64,000 nt of DNA from an uncultured Kordiimonas sp. (GTDB lineage: Bacteria > Pseudomonadota > Alphaproteobacteria > Sphingomonadales > Kordiimonadaceae), in assembly GCA_947503625.1 (NCBI GenBank), contig CANNEK010000001.1, positions 550,152 through 614,151 of the forward strand. Reading direction: 5' to 3'. Both the position numbers and the translations under genes were made by a program. Within the stretch, counting starts at the first letter, position 1, and each line of letters starts with the position of its first letter. Positions 8,596 to 19,510 of this stretch are shown here, one piece after another. Under the pieces are notes generated by a model. That model saw only the letters and a program-made list of their open reading frames with translations, did no database searches and had not been told where the DNA came from.

Positions 8596-9137
8596 GCAAA
8601 AATCTGCTGGTCGGAACGAATAGCGTACAATACGTGGCGTTTTAAAGAGCTCTCATCCGAAACCTTTGGGTGGTCAAAGTCGCGTGATAGATCATGCGCC
8701 ATACCAATTTTTTCCATTACGCGCCGTGAAGACTTGTTCTGTGTGGCCGTAAAGGAAATGACCTCATCAAGCGCCAACCTGGAAAACGCATAAGCCAGAC
8801 AGGCCCGCGCTCCTTCTGGTGCAAGCCCCTGCCCCCAAACACTTTTGTCTAACCGCCAACCGATTTCAACAGCCGGAGCACAAGTCATGTCTGACGGCAC
8901 ATGTTGCATGCCGACAAAACCAATGAAATCACCGCTTTCCGCGTGCTCGGCAGCCCAGAAGCCGAAGCCATGCTGATCAATATGGCTCTGAAACCGCTTC
9001 ACAGAGGCGGCAGTTTCCTCTGGGGAAAAAGGCCGATCAAAATAACGCATAACATCCGGGTCTGCGTTCAAATTGGCGAACGGCTCAACATCACTTTCAA
9101 GCCATGCCCGCAACCGCAACCTTTTCGTTTGAAGCAT
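8592..9137 (-). CDS. RimJ/RimL-type GNAT N-acetyltransferase
   Basis: TKRLRLRAW, ADPDVMRYF, EIGWRL...WGQGLAPEGA, SRRVMEKIGM. Confidence 0.9.
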   Translation of the reverse strand: MLQTKRLRLRAWLESDVEPFANLNADPDVMRYFDRPFSPEETAASVKRFQSHIDQHGFGFWAAEHAESGDFIGFVGMQHVPSDMTCAPAVEIGWRLDKSVWGQGLAPEGARACLAYAFSRLALDEVISFTATQNKSSRRVMEKIGMAHDLSRDFDHPKVSDESSLKRHVLYAIRSDQQIFA

Positions 9138-9146
9138 TCCGGGCTC

Positions 9147-11546
9147 TTATTTCACAGGCTCTTTTGGTTTGTCTTTCCTCGGGCCAGCTTTCTTTTTGCC
9201 ACTTTCTGGAGCCTTGGCGGCGTCTGGTTTTTTACCTGGCTTGGTTTTCCGAGCCGGTTTCGGGGCATGTGGAGTAATTTCAAAAGACAGCTTGCCGTCC
9301 TTAAGTTTAACCACAACTTCACCGCCCTTGGCCAGCTTGCCAAACAACAGTTCGTCAGCGAGCGGTGTCTTGATCGTCTCCTGAATAACCCTTTCCAGAG
9401 GTCTGGCGCCGTAATAACGATCATAACCTTTTTCGGCGAGCCATGCCTTGGCGCCTTCTTCGAGCGTAATCTCAACGTTACGGTCCGCAAGCTGCAGTTC
9501 AAGCTGCAATACGAACTTCTCAACCACTTTCGAAACCACTTCTGGTGGCAGGAAGTTGAAGTTGATAGTCGAATCCAGGCGGTTGCGGAACTCAGGACTG
9601 AACATCTGCTTGATCGCCTCGTCGCTGGCACCATCATTGGTATCGCGACCGAATCCGATTGCGGATTTCGAAAGTTCTTTAGCACCTGCATTGGTAGTCA
9701 TTATCAGGATCACGTTACGGAAATCGATCTTCTTGCCGTTGTGATCCGTAAGTGTGCCATTATCCATCACCTGTAAAAGCACATTAAATAAATCGGGATG
9801 CGCTTTTTCAATTTCGTCCAGCAACAAAACGCAGTGCGGATGCTGATCCACTGCATCGGTGAGCAAACCACCCTGATCAAAACCAACATAGCCTGGAGGG
9901 GCACCAATCAGGCGTGAAATCGAGTGCCGCTCCATATATTCGGACATATCAAATCTGTGCAGCTCAACTCCCAGCAGATGTGAAAGCTGGCGCGCCACCT
10001 CGGTTTTACCGACGCCGGTTGGCCCGGCAAACAGATAAGAACCAATTGGCTTGTTCGGTTGCCTCAGGCCTGCTCTCGAGAGTTTGATCGAGGCCGTTAG
10101 TGCCTCAATAGCCGCGTTCTGTCCGAACACTACCCGCTTAAGGTCGTCTTCAAGCGTCAGCATGACCCGGCTTTCGTCGCGAGTAACAGTTTTGGGTGGA
10201 ATGCGGGCAATTTTCGCGACCACAGCTTCAATGTCTTTAACACTGATCGTTTTCTTGCGCTTCGATGCGGGGACAAGCATCTGCGCAGCCCCGGTTTCGT
10301 CAATCACATCAATCGCTTTGTCTGGCAGCTTTCGATCCGTTATGTACCGGTCTGAAAGTTCCACAGCCGTTTTTATGGCGTCCAGCGTGTATCGAACATT
10401 ATGATGATCTTCAAAATATGGCTTCAGGCCCTTTAAAATTTTGACAGTGTCGTCTACAGACGGTTCATTCACATCAATTTTCTGGAACCGACGCAGCAAC
10501 GCCCGGTCTTTTTCGAAATGGCTGCGGAATTCCTTGTATGTAGTAGAACCCATGCAACGAATTGTCCCTGACGCCAAAGCAGGTTTCAATAAGTTGGACG
10601 CATCCATTGCGCCGCCAGATGTCGCACCTGCGCCAATCACGGTATGAATTTCATCGATGAACAGAACGGCACCTTCGATTTCTTCCAGCTCGTTAACAAC
10701 AGCTTTCAGCCGCTCCTCAAAATCACCACGGTAACGAGTGCCGGCGAGAAGTGCGCCCATATCGAGAGAATATATCGTCGATGTCAGCAAAACATCAGGC
10801 ACATCGGATTCAGTAATCAATCGCGCCAGACCTTCCGCAATCGCAGTTTTGCCAACACCGGGGTCACCAACCAACAATGGATTGTTTTTCGAGCGCCTGC
10901 ACAATATCTGAACGGCACGCTCCAGCTCGGCAGCACGACCAATCAAAGGATCAATTTTGCCCGCCCTGGCTTTTTCGTTCAAATCCACACAATAGTTGGC
11001 AAGCGCGCTGTTTTTGGCCTTGTCCGCAGCTTCTGCATCGGCAGTCTCAGCACCAGTTGTTTCCTCCTCGGCACCGCGTACCGTTCGGTTTTCACCCAGT
11101 TCTGGTACTTTCGCGATGCCGTGCGAGATGTAACTTACAGCATCAAGGCGTGTCATGTCCTGACTCTGCAGGAAATATACGGCGTGACTTTCACGCTCGG
11201 AAAACAGGGCAACTAACAGGTTAGCTCCGGTCATTTCCTCACGCCCGGATGATTGCACATGCAACAGGGCTCGCTGCACCACGCGCTGAAAACCGGCCGT
11301 CGGCGTTGCTTCAACACCATCAGTTTGAACGGCTAAACCGTCCATTTCGCTATCCAGATAGTCTGTAACATCAGAGCGCAAGACCGACGTATCGACGTCG
11401 CAGGCTTTGAGAACAGCAATAGCGTCAGGATCATCAAGCAACGAAAGCAACAGGTGTTCCAGTGTTGCATACTCGTGAGTGCGCTTATTGGCTTCACCGA
11501 GTGCTCGATGCAGTGTTTCTTCTAGATGGGGCGAAAAACTTGGCAA
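9147..11546 (-). CDS. clpA: ATP-dependent Clp protease ATP-binding subunit ClpA
   Basis: Two AAA+ modules (GDPGVGKT, GPTGVGKT), RFDMSEY, GAPPGYVG; TTG start; downstream of clpS. Confidence 0.97.
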   Translation of the reverse strand: MPSFSPHLEETLHRALGEANKRTHEYATLEHLLLSLLDDPDAIAVLKACDVDTSVLRSDVTDYLDSEMDGLAVQTDGVEATPTAGFQRVVQRALLHVQSSGREEMTGANLLVALFSERESHAVYFLQSQDMTRLDAVSYISHGIAKVPELGENRTVRGAEEETTGAETADAEAADKAKNSALANYCVDLNEKARAGKIDPLIGRAAELERAVQILCRRSKNNPLLVGDPGVGKTAIAEGLARLITESDVPDVLLTSTIYSLDMGALLAGTRYRGDFEERLKAVVNELEEIEGAVLFIDEIHTVIGAGATSGGAMDASNLLKPALASGTIRCMGSTTYKEFRSHFEKDRALLRRFQKIDVNEPSVDDTVKILKGLKPYFEDHHNVRYTLDAIKTAVELSDRYITDRKLPDKAIDVIDETGAAQMLVPASKRKKTISVKDIEAVVAKIARIPPKTVTRDESRVMLTLEDDLKRVVFGQNAAIEALTASIKLSRAGLRQPNKPIGSYLFAGPTGVGKTEVARQLSHLLGVELHRFDMSEYMERHSISRLIGAPPGYVGFDQGGLLTDAVDQHPHCVLLLDEIEKAHPDLFNVLLQVMDNGTLTDHNGKKIDFRNVILIMTTNAGAKELSKSAIGFGRDTNDGASDEAIKQMFSPEFRNRLDSTINFNFLPPEVVSKVVEKFVLQLELQLADRNVEITLEEGAKAWLAEKGYDRYYGARPLERVIQETIKTPLADELLFGKLAKGGEVVVKLKDGKLSFEITPHAPKPARKTKPGKKPDAAKAPESGKKKAGPRKDKPKEPVK

Positions 11547-11641
11547 ACTAAGGTGTCCTTATCACTATCTATCAAGGTTTGTCCCTTGCAGAGGAACATT
11601 GTGCCACTGGATGGTCAAAAGAGCAAAGCGGTCCTCACTGC

Positions 11642-11971
11642 TTACTCTTTCTCCAGGGTGCATTGAAGCGGATGCTCATTCTGCTTGGCGAACGAAAGAA
11701 CCTGATTGACCTTGGTTTCAGCTACTTCGTAAGTAAACACGCCGCACACGCCTACGCCTTTTTGATGCACATGCAGCATCACTTCAGTGGCTTGCTCGAT
11801 GGTCATTCGAAAATATCTTTGCAAGATGTGCACGACAAATTCCATCGGCGTAAAGTCATCGTTCAACAACAAGACTTTATACATCGACGGTTTTTTGGTT
11901 TTGGTCTCTGGTTTGGTCAGAATGCCAGTTCCAGTACCGCCACCCTGATCTTCTTTGTCCTTATCAGACAT
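11642..11971 (-). CDS. clpS: Clp protease adaptor ClpS
   Basis: [17 protein letters not shown]...VMLHVHQKG...EVAETKV...[10 protein letters not shown]. Confidence 0.97.
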   Translation of the reverse strand: MSDKDKEDQGGGTGTGILTKPETKTKKPSMYKVLLLNDDFTPMEFVVHILQRYFRMTIEQATEVMLHVHQKGVGVCGVFTYEVAETKVNQVLSFAKQNEHPLQCTLEKE

Positions 11972-12099
11972 CGTATCTCCGAAACGCTTTACACTCCCAA
12001 TGTAATACGTATCTCGCCGACTAAAAGAGTAAAAATCGCTTGTTAAACGAATTATTTTCCATGACGGCCTGTGTGCAAGGCTGAATTCCCATACAATTT

Positions 12100-13479
12100 C
12101 TAAAGGTCAGCGGGGGCTGCGACACCAGATTGAGCCAGCTGGTCAACAAGCGCCTGCTTCAACCGGGCAAGCCCGGCATCATCCGCCGCTTCGCAGCGTG
12201 CCACCAAAACTGCCTGCGTATTCGACGCACGCAGCAACCACCAGCCATCATCAGTTAACACTCGTACACCATCAATGGTTTGCATATTGGCATCAGCTTC
12301 CTGAAGGCGTTCTTTTACTTCTTCAACAACCTCGAATTTACGCACTTCCCCGCAATCAAACCTGAGCTCAGGGGTGTTTACAGCGGCAGGCAGGTCATCT
12401 TTCAGGGCGTCCAGGTTGCCACCCTGAACAGTAATCGCGTTCAGGAAACGAATACCGGCATAAATTGCGTCGTCGTGACCATAAAAATTATGCTTGTAGA
12501 AAATATGGCCGGACATCTCGCCCGCAAGCGGGGCCGAGAGCTCGACCATCTTTTCCTTGATTAGCGAATGGCCCGTTTTCCACATAACCGGTTGGCCACC
12601 CAGCTCTTCAATACGGTCAAACAACACCTGACTCGCCTTAACATCCGCAATGACCGGTGCTCCGGGAAGTGTTTTCAGCAGATCGCCAGCCATGATCGCC
12701 AACATCTGGTCACCCCAAACAACCCTGCCCTGACTATCAACCGCACCGATACGGTCACCATCACCATCGAATGACAAACCAATATCTGCTCCGTGACGGG
12801 CAACTGCTTCTTTCAGTTGTTCCAGATTCGCTTCAACCGTCGGGTCGGCATGATGGTTCGGGAAAGTACCGTCAATCTCACCATTGATGACGATATGTTC
12901 ACCCGGCCAACGTTTGGCCAGCGTTTCAATAACATCACCAGCTGCGCCGTTGGCGGGATCCCAGACAACTTTGAACTCTCCGAAGTCCACATCCCGCATC
13001 AAACGGTCGAGATAGCGATCGAAGATATCGATATCCACACGCTGACCATCTCCGCGCTCGAAATCCGCGTTTCCGGCAAGCTCTCCCAGTTTCTGTATTG
13101 CAGCACCAAAACATGGCTTCTTGCCAAGCATGATCTTGAAACCGTTATAATTTGGTGGATTGTGCGAGCCAGTTACCATCACACCGCCATCTGCATCGAG
13201 CTCAAAAACCGAATAATACAACATGGGCGTCGGCCCAAGGCCGATCATCTCAACGTTGACACCAGTGCTCATCAAGCCTTCGGTCAGAGCCTCAGCAAGG
13301 CTTGGTGAAGACAGCCGACCATCATAGCCCACACATATCCGGCTGCCACCAGACCGCCTGACAGTTGTACCGATTGACCGCCCAAGGGCCAAAGCGTCGG
13401 CCACGCCAATGGTTTCATCGACGATCCCTCTAACATCATATTCCCTGAGCACGGTGGAGTGAAAATCATGTGCGGTCAT
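12100..13479 (-). CDS. Phosphomannomutase/phosphoglucomutase
   Basis: [14 protein letters not shown] (phosphoserine), FDGDGDR, GEMSGH, LRASNT. Confidence 0.95.
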   Translation of the reverse strand: MTAHDFHSTVLREYDVRGIVDETIGVADALALGRSIGTTVRRSGGSRICVGYDGRLSSPSLAEALTEGLMSTGVNVEMIGLGPTPMLYYSVFELDADGGVMVTGSHNPPNYNGFKIMLGKKPCFGAAIQKLGELAGNADFERGDGQRVDIDIFDRYLDRLMRDVDFGEFKVVWDPANGAAGDVIETLAKRWPGEHIVINGEIDGTFPNHHADPTVEANLEQLKEAVARHGADIGLSFDGDGDRIGAVDSQGRVVWGDQMLAIMAGDLLKTLPGAPVIADVKASQVLFDRIEELGGQPVMWKTGHSLIKEKMVELSAPLAGEMSGHIFYKHNFYGHDDAIYAGIRFLNAITVQGGNLDALKDDLPAAVNTPELRFDCGEVRKFEVVEEVKERLQEADANMQTIDGVRVLTDDGWWLLRASNTQAVLVARCEAADDAGLARLKQALVDQLAQSGVAAPADL

Positions 13480-13637
13480 TGCAGCCAATCCATTGTTAAA
13501 AGTGCATAATCATTGTGAGACTTTAAATTGTCAGTCAGGGTATAACACGTCAAGCGGCAATGCCTGGTAACCGCTTCACCCGGTACTGGTGCCAAATGCG
13601 CCCAAGGTTCATTCACAGCCCCCAAAAAAATTCTGCT

Positions 13638-14099
13638 TCATTTGCCAAGCAGCGTCTTTCGTGCAGCATTCAGTTTTACAGCCATCCAGTCCGAGCCACC
13701 CTTGTCAGGGTGAACCTGTGACATCAAACGTCTGTAGGCTTCATTAATCTCGGAAGTGCTGGCACCGTTCTCAAGACCAAGTATCTCCAGTGCTTCACTT
13801 TTACTCATCTGGTTATTGCTTTGCGATGCCTGGTTTTTCCCCGCGCGGCCTGCCCTGAAATATTGAAAAAGCTTTCCTGCAGCCAAGGGCCCAACCATCC
13901 GAAGGACGGCATAACCAGCAGGTACAGCTGCCAGAAATGCTTTACCTGTCGCAAGCAAGATCAAACCCAGCAGAAGGCAAACGCCTGCAATTGCCCAAGT
14001 CAGGGTGCGTTTGGCTGATGCAACCTCGGCATTCGCCCACCATTGCATCAGCAAAAGCAGGAAGCCAGCAAGGACAACACCAAAAAGAAAATACGCCAT
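13638..14099 (-). CDS. Membrane protein with C-terminal J (DnaJ-like) domain
   Basis: N-terminal TM helices; EALEILGL...AYRRLMSQVHPDKGGS (HPD motif). Confidence 0.85.
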   Translation of the reverse strand: MAYFLFGVVLAGFLLLLMQWWANAEVASAKRTLTWAIAGVCLLLGLILLATGKAFLAAVPAGYAVLRMVGPLAAGKLFQYFRAGRAGKNQASQSNNQMSKSEALEILGLENGASTSEINEAYRRLMSQVHPDKGGSDWMAVKLNAARKTLLGK

Positions 14100-14102
14100 G
14101 AC

Positions 14103-14966
14103 TTAATGAACCGCAGCACGCCGGAAAGGCAAATCAAGCGCCTTCAGCAGCGCCCGAAGTTCCTGCCGCGCTGCAACGTGAGACATCGAAAGGCCCTGGC
14201 CATCAAGCCCGCCTTCGCGTTTAAGGTCGATCAGTGTCAGGCCTCGTAGAAAGAGTTCGCGGTAAATAACGCGCTCACCAAGCCCCGAAACATACCGAAC
14301 ACCTACCCGTTTGCTCAGTTCCGAAAGCACGGCCTCAACCCGCTCTTTGTTTTTGGCATGCAGTGACCCTACCCGGTTTCTGAGCACCACCCAGTCAATT
14401 GAACCACCATCGGCTACAGCCCGGCGCTGGCGGGCCTTCCAGACCATTTCCGAATAAAGACTGGGGCCCTGTACCCGATAGGTTTCAGGGTCAATTCTCG
14501 CCAGCAGGTCAAGATCAACAAAACTATCGTTAACCGGCGTTACAAGGGTATCAGCCGCGGTATGCGCCAGCCTCGACAAATATGTATCACTGCCGGGGCA
14601 ATCGACTACCACAACATCCACATTCCCCGCGAGCGTAAGATAGGCTTCTTCAAATCGTTGTTTTTCGTCCGCCTCTGCAGCGTCCGCGGACCGAAGCTCG
14701 GAGCGCGGCACAACCAGTTCCTGTGGCATTGGCAGGGACAGGCCATTATCGGAGCAATATTTTCGCCGGTTTTCGATGTAGCGGGTTAAGCTTTTTTGTC
14801 GGGCATCCAGATCGATTGTTCCAACCTTGTAGCCTTCGGAAAGCAGCGAAACAACAATATGCATCGCGGTTGTCGACTTTCCGGATCCGCCTTTTTCATT
14901 ACCCAGCACAATCAGGTAGGGCCTTTCAGGCACCCCGCGTGTTTGATTGATATCACTGTCTGGCAC
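14103..14966 (-). CDS. mipZ: Division-plane positioning ATPase MipZ
   Basis: GNEKGGSGKST deviant Walker A, DLDARQ, DCPGSD, TPVNDSFVDLD, ERVIYRELF, SHVAARQE; GTG start with GGAG SD. Confidence 0.93.
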   Translation of the reverse strand: MPDSDINQTRGVPERPYLIVLGNEKGGSGKSTTAMHIVVSLLSEGYKVGTIDLDARQKSLTRYIENRRKYCSDNGLSLPMPQELVVPRSELRSADAAEADEKQRFEEAYLTLAGNVDVVVVDCPGSDTYLSRLAHTAADTLVTPVNDSFVDLDLLARIDPETYRVQGPSLYSEMVWKARQRRAVADGGSIDWVVLRNRVGSLHAKNKERVEAVLSELSKRVGVRYVSGLGERVIYRELFLRGLTLIDLKREGGLDGQGLSMSHVAARQELRALLKALDLPFRRAAVH

Positions 14967-15198
14967 CCTGAACTCCATAAATTCCAAACATTGGCCCGCG
15001 CAATCATGGTGCTTGAAAACAACAGATTTAAAAACTGCCGCACCAATAACCTCGTCTTACGCCATTGAACAGTTTTATAATAGCCTGATATGTAGCAAAA
15101 TCATCAACGAACAGGCCTTGTGGATTGTCGGCCCGAACAGATGCGGCAGAAAGCCTAGAGAAGATTGAGTTTCAAACTTCAGGGAAGTAACTGTACCA

Positions 15199-16143
15199 GT
15201 GCGTGACCAAATCCGTAAATATGCTGGATTCCTGCTTTTGCTGGCACTGTTGGCCGTTGTGCCCATTGGTATTGCCCGTCACCTACTTAGCGAATCGCGC
15301 GAAGATGCGTTTGTTGACGACCGGCCCAATTATCTCTCGCACCAGTATCCACCCTCCGCCGATGCCGAAATGACGCCGCGCCTTGCCCGCCTTCTTGAAG
15401 AAGACATGCAGAAAGTGGATGCCGTACCACGCACATTTCTAGCCCGTCTGCCTGAAACACTTACTGAGATCGAGGACGCCAAGAAGCGAAAACAGCAATT
15501 TGTGTCAACCATGTTGCCTATTATCCTGCGGGCAAACGAACTGATCATTGCCGATAGAGGCCGGCTTCTACAGATACGCCAACGCATTATAGAGGAAGGT
15601 GCCGCAGGAAAACGCCAACGCGCATGGCTGGAGGGTATAGCCCGTTCACACCGCGTCAAACTCTCCAGTCCGGCAACGCCTGAGCAGATTGATGCCTTGT
15701 TGTTCAGGGTTGATGTTATTCCCCCTTCGCTCGCTCTGGCCCAGGCTGCAATGGAATCAGGTTGGGGCACCAGCTATTTTGCCCAGGAAGGTAACGCGCT
15801 GTTTGGCGAATGGACCTGGAATCAGGAAGAAGGTATTTTACCACGAGGACGAGAAGACGGAAAAACCCATAAAATCAAAAGCTTCGAGTATCTTCTTGAT
15901 AGTGTGCGCAGCTATATGACCAACTTGAACCGGCATCGAAGCTACCGTGACCTGAGAGACAGGCGTGCAGAACTTCGCGACCACAATCTGGTTGTTACAG
16001 GCCCTGCCCTTGCCCCTTCACTTGTGGATTATTCTGAACGAGGCGCCGATTATGTGGGGGACATTCTCTCCATCATCGATTTCAACGACCTTGACGGCCT
16101 CGATAGCGCCCAGTTACTGAACGACCTGCAGGAAAGCCGCTGA
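15199..16143 (+). CDS. Bax-like glucosaminidase-domain (GH73-related) protein with N-terminal TM anchor
   Basis: VDVIPPSLALAQAAMESGWGTS.FA.EGNALFG, SYMTNLNRH..Y, YSERG..Y. Confidence 0.85.
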   Translation: MRDQIRKYAGFLLLLALLAVVPIGIARHLLSESREDAFVDDRPNYLSHQYPPSADAEMTPRLARLLEEDMQKVDAVPRTFLARLPETLTEIEDAKKRKQQFVSTMLPIILRANELIIADRGRLLQIRQRIIEEGAAGKRQRAWLEGIARSHRVKLSSPATPEQIDALLFRVDVIPPSLALAQAAMESGWGTSYFAQEGNALFGEWTWNQEEGILPRGREDGKTHKIKSFEYLLDSVRSYMTNLNRHRSYRDLRDRRAELRDHNLVVTGPALAPSLVDYSERGADYVGDILSIIDFNDLDGLDSAQLLNDLQESR

Positions 16144-16144
16144 C

Positions 16145-17008
16145 ATGCGAACGCCCCCCTCAGTTGTTCGAACTGTAAAAGACCTGCGCACTTTTGTCGA
16201 AAATGAACGTGCGAAAGGAAAACGCATCGGACTTGTGCCCACTATGGGCGCCCTGCATCATGGACATCTGTCTCTTGTTGACCATATATCCGGGCATGTG
16301 GATGTGCCGATAGTCTCCATATTCGTCAATCCGAGCCAGTTTGGGGAAGGCGAAGACTTCGAGACATACCCGCGCAACGAGCAGGCAGACCTTGAAAAAC
16401 TGGCCACCACCAACGCACGGCTGGTCTATGCGCCTGGGGTTGAAGAAATGTATCCACCCGGCGACTCCACCAAGGTATCGGTTCAAGGCATATCAGAGAA
16501 ATATGAGGGAGCAGCAAGGCCCGGCCATTTCGACGGCGTCGCCACGGTTGTCAGCAAACTGTTACTCCAATGTCTGCCGGATGCCGCAGTTTTTGGGGAA
16601 AAAGACTATCAGCAACTTGCTGTAATACGTCAGTTTGTGCGCGATCTTGGTATACCGTGCAGCATCCTGGGGGCCCCTATTGTTCGGGAAAACGATGGTT
16701 TGGCGGCATCTTCCCGAAATGTTTACCTCAGCCCCGAAGCCCGAAAAGTTGCAGGGAAATTCAACCTTGTTCTCCGTGCGCTGGTTAAAAGTGTCCTGTC
16801 AGGGGTCGATGTACGCACCGCAGAGTTTGAAGCAACACAATCCCTTCTCGCGGCGGGTTTCGAAACGGTAGACTATGTATCGGTGGTTGACCCGGTTTCG
16901 CTGCAGCCGCTCGGCACCTTTGAAAGTGCTGCCCGCGTGCTCGCTGTAGCGCGGCTTGAAAGCGTACGCCTTTTGGACAACATGGCTATTGAGGCACCCG
17001 ATACTTAG
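16145..17008 (+). CDS. panC: Pantoate-beta-alanine ligase
   Basis: PTMGALHHGH, FVNPSQF, RPGHFDGV, FGEKDYQQ, LAASSRN, RLLDN. Confidence 0.97.
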   Translation: MRTPPSVVRTVKDLRTFVENERAKGKRIGLVPTMGALHHGHLSLVDHISGHVDVPIVSIFVNPSQFGEGEDFETYPRNEQADLEKLATTNARLVYAPGVEEMYPPGDSTKVSVQGISEKYEGAARPGHFDGVATVVSKLLLQCLPDAAVFGEKDYQQLAVIRQFVRDLGIPCSILGAPIVRENDGLAASSRNVYLSPEARKVAGKFNLVLRALVKSVLSGVDVRTAEFEATQSLLAAGFETVDYVSVVDPVSLQPLGTFESAARVLAVARLESVRLLDNMAIEAPDT

Positions 17009-17038
17009 ACCGCGCGCCTCACTCTAACGATTTCAGCC

Positions 17039-18649
17039 TTACTCGTCCTCTGCCGCTTCTTCTTCATCCGGGCGAGCCGTTGGCGACGGCTTGCGTGGCA
17101 GGTTCTCGTCACGCATTGCAGCGTGATAAAGGAAACTGGCCATAATAACAGCCGCTTGCTTCAGGTCTTTTTCATATGTGTGCCCCAGAGTATCTATCTG
17201 GCTGTGATGCAATTGCGTGCCATAATCAAGCGGGTCCTGAATGAACTGAAACCCCGGCAGGCCAACGTCATCGAACACCTCATGGTCGGTACCGCCTGTG
17301 GTATTCAAGGTCACTGTTTTAGCACCAAGGTCATGAAACGGCTTCAGCCAAGCGTTGAAAATAGGCACAACCGCAGAATTTCGTTCTGCATAAACCCCGC
17401 GGATTTTACCTGAGCCATTATCTAGGTTGAAATAGGCCGAAAAACGGTCGAACTCCGGTTTCAATGTCATCGGAAACTGATTGTAGTGCTTTTCGTAAGA
17501 GCTCATGTATTTCAGCTTCTCATCCGTGTTCTCGGGGCGTTCTACCAGATGGTCGAGCACATATTGCTGCGAGCCATAATACCCCTGTTCTTCGCCGCCC
17601 CAAAGACCAACACGAATGGTTCTTTCGGGTTCAACACCAATTGCCTTCAGGATACGCACAGCCTCCATCACAACAGCCACACCAGCCGCATTGTCAGCCG
17701 CTCCATCACCAACATACCAGCTATCAAGATGTGCCCCCGCAAGTACGACGCCGGGACGACGGCCCTTGCCTGGAATGTCGGCAAGCGTGGAGTAGCTTTT
17801 GGTGTCTTCAGTGTAGAAGGTTGCGTCCACATCAATGCTCATGCGTACCGCGTCGCCCTCATCCATCACGCGCACCGCACGTACGTAATGTTCGTGTGAA
17901 AGCCCGATACCCGGAATTTTGGCACTTTCGCCTTCTTTATACTGGTAGGAGGTCGCTTCAATCAGCATTGCCTTGCGCGGCGACCGGCGAACCATCGCGA
18001 TGGCGCCTTGCTCGCTCAGGAATTGTTCCAACTCATAGAAGAAACTCTTGTACCTGACCCAACCGTCAAACCCGCGCTGGTCCGGATCACCTTCAGGCAC
18101 ACTGAAAGTTTCTGTCTTGGCCAGGCTCTCATCATCACGGCGAATGAACACTTCGTTGGCAGGTGGTTTCTGGGACGGAACGCGGCTGACAAAAACAATT
18201 TTGCCTTCAAGTTTGCCTTCCCATTTTTTGAAATCTTTTTTGGAACGGATGGGTGCGTGTACGACTTCACCTTCAATCACGCCCTCGGTTCCCGGGTGCC
18301 AGGCCAGTGGCAAGGCATACAACTGAGTTCTGCGCGGTGAGGTCATAAAGACTTCCGAGCGCTCACCTGTCCAGCCGTAACCGAACTCGAAACCCTCCAG
18401 ACGACTATCCTCAAGGCCCCACTCCGTCAGCTTGTCTCTGGTCCAGTTGTTGGCTTCAAGCATAGCGGGGGTACCGGTTAGGCGCGGGCCAATCCCGTCA
18501 GTCAAATGACGCATGACATCCATCACCTGAGACCGGTTAAAACCTTCATCCCTGATCCGGTTCACAACGTCTAGATCAACCGGTTCTTCCGCACCGACGG
18601 GCAGCGCCAGCGCAGCGGCCACCAGCGCCGACTTCACAATCCTCTTCAT
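17039..18649 (-). CDS. Secreted M28-family aminopeptidase/carboxypeptidase
   Basis: Signal peptide; GAHLDSW, GAADNAAG, GGEEQG, NLDNG, GGTDH, HHSQIDT metal-ligand motifs. Confidence 0.88.
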   Translation of the reverse strand: MKRIVKSALVAAALALPVGAEEPVDLDVVNRIRDEGFNRSQVMDVMRHLTDGIGPRLTGTPAMLEANNWTRDKLTEWGLEDSRLEGFEFGYGWTGERSEVFMTSPRRTQLYALPLAWHPGTEGVIEGEVVHAPIRSKKDFKKWEGKLEGKIVFVSRVPSQKPPANEVFIRRDDESLAKTETFSVPEGDPDQRGFDGWVRYKSFFYELEQFLSEQGAIAMVRRSPRKAMLIEATSYQYKEGESAKIPGIGLSHEHYVRAVRVMDEGDAVRMSIDVDATFYTEDTKSYSTLADIPGKGRRPGVVLAGAHLDSWYVGDGAADNAAGVAVVMEAVRILKAIGVEPERTIRVGLWGGEEQGYYGSQQYVLDHLVERPENTDEKLKYMSSYEKHYNQFPMTLKPEFDRFSAYFNLDNGSGKIRGVYAERNSAVVPIFNAWLKPFHDLGAKTVTLNTTGGTDHEVFDDVGLPGFQFIQDPLDYGTQLHHSQIDTLGHTYEKDLKQAAVIMASFLYHAAMRDENLPRKPSPTARPDEEEAAEDE

Positions 18650-18696
18650 CCCTGATTCCTTTTCTTGTTATATCCCAACCCTTGTCACGGAGGGGT

Positions 18697-19500
18697 TTAT
18701 TCCAAACCCTCTGTATACCATTCATAGTCAAAAAACTGCTTCAGTGGCTCCATCCCTGACAGGACGAATCGTGTATCACACGACCAGTCGTCAAAGCGCT
18801 TTAAAAGCGGCCAGATGTCTTTGGACCACGGCAAATCGAGTGCCTGACTGATCTTTATCACATAATCCGGAAAGCGGATCAGATCACCAAACCCCCTGCT
18901 TTCTTCCAAAATCAGCTTTGACAGACGTCCCAGAAAACAAATACGTTCAACCAGCCGCTTGCCATATATGGAAGGCATCGCTTCCAGTTCCACTTGCAGT
19001 CGTTCGAGGACTTGCTCGAGTGTCGATTGGCTAAGCTCCAGGTGTTGTTCAACATTCTGGATTTCATCACCAATTTCGGCGTTGGCCTCAAGAAGGGCGC
19101 GGCGGCGAACCTCAGAGGGCAGCTCGGTAAAGCCGCCAGCCATCCAGAAGGCAATACGGTTGCGCAGGCGCTCAATGGAACCACCTTTGATGATAAAATC
19201 GTCGCCACCAGCCTTCAGCCCACCACGAATGATATCAATATCGTTATAACCGGTCAGGAAAACGACTGGCATAGCCTTCAAACCGGAACGGTCCAGGCTT
19301 CCGACAAAGTCAAACCCGCCATTCCCGGGCATCTGAACATCACTGATGATCATCGCAGGCCTGTAGGCCCTTACGTGCCCGATCGCTTCCTCGGCATTTT
19401 CAGCAATGATTGTTTCGAAACCGAAATGTTTAACGGCAGCCGCGTGCACCTGCAACACTACAGGTTCATCGTCTACAAGAAGAATTGGCCCTTTGCGCAT
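18697..19500 (-). CDS. Response regulator with unrecognised C-terminal helical domain
   Basis: ILLVDDE, IISDVQMP, FLTG, DDFIIK receiver motifs; start ATG 19500 after AGGGG, 10 nt downstream of the mgtE stop. Confidence 0.85.
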   Translation of the reverse strand: MRKGPILLVDDEPVVLQVHAAAVKHFGFETIIAENAEEAIGHVRAYRPAMIISDVQMPGNGGFDFVGSLDRSGLKAMPVVFLTGYNDIDIIRGGLKAGGDDFIIKGGSIERLRNRIAFWMAGGFTELPSEVRRRALLEANAEIGDEIQNVEQHLELSQSTLEQVLERLQVELEAMPSIYGKRLVERICFLGRLSKLILEESRGFGDLIRFPDYVIKISQALDLPWSKDIWPLLKRFDDWSCDTRFVLSGMEPLKQFFDYEWYTEGLE

Positions 19501-19510
19501 ACCCCTTTGC

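Noticed and set aside
8901-9776. 291-aa plus-strand ORF
   Set aside because: Antisense to clpA and the GNAT gene; shadow frame
15120-15128. TGTGGATTG as a DnaA box upstream of mipZ
   Set aside because: Two mismatches and a single copy; expected by chance
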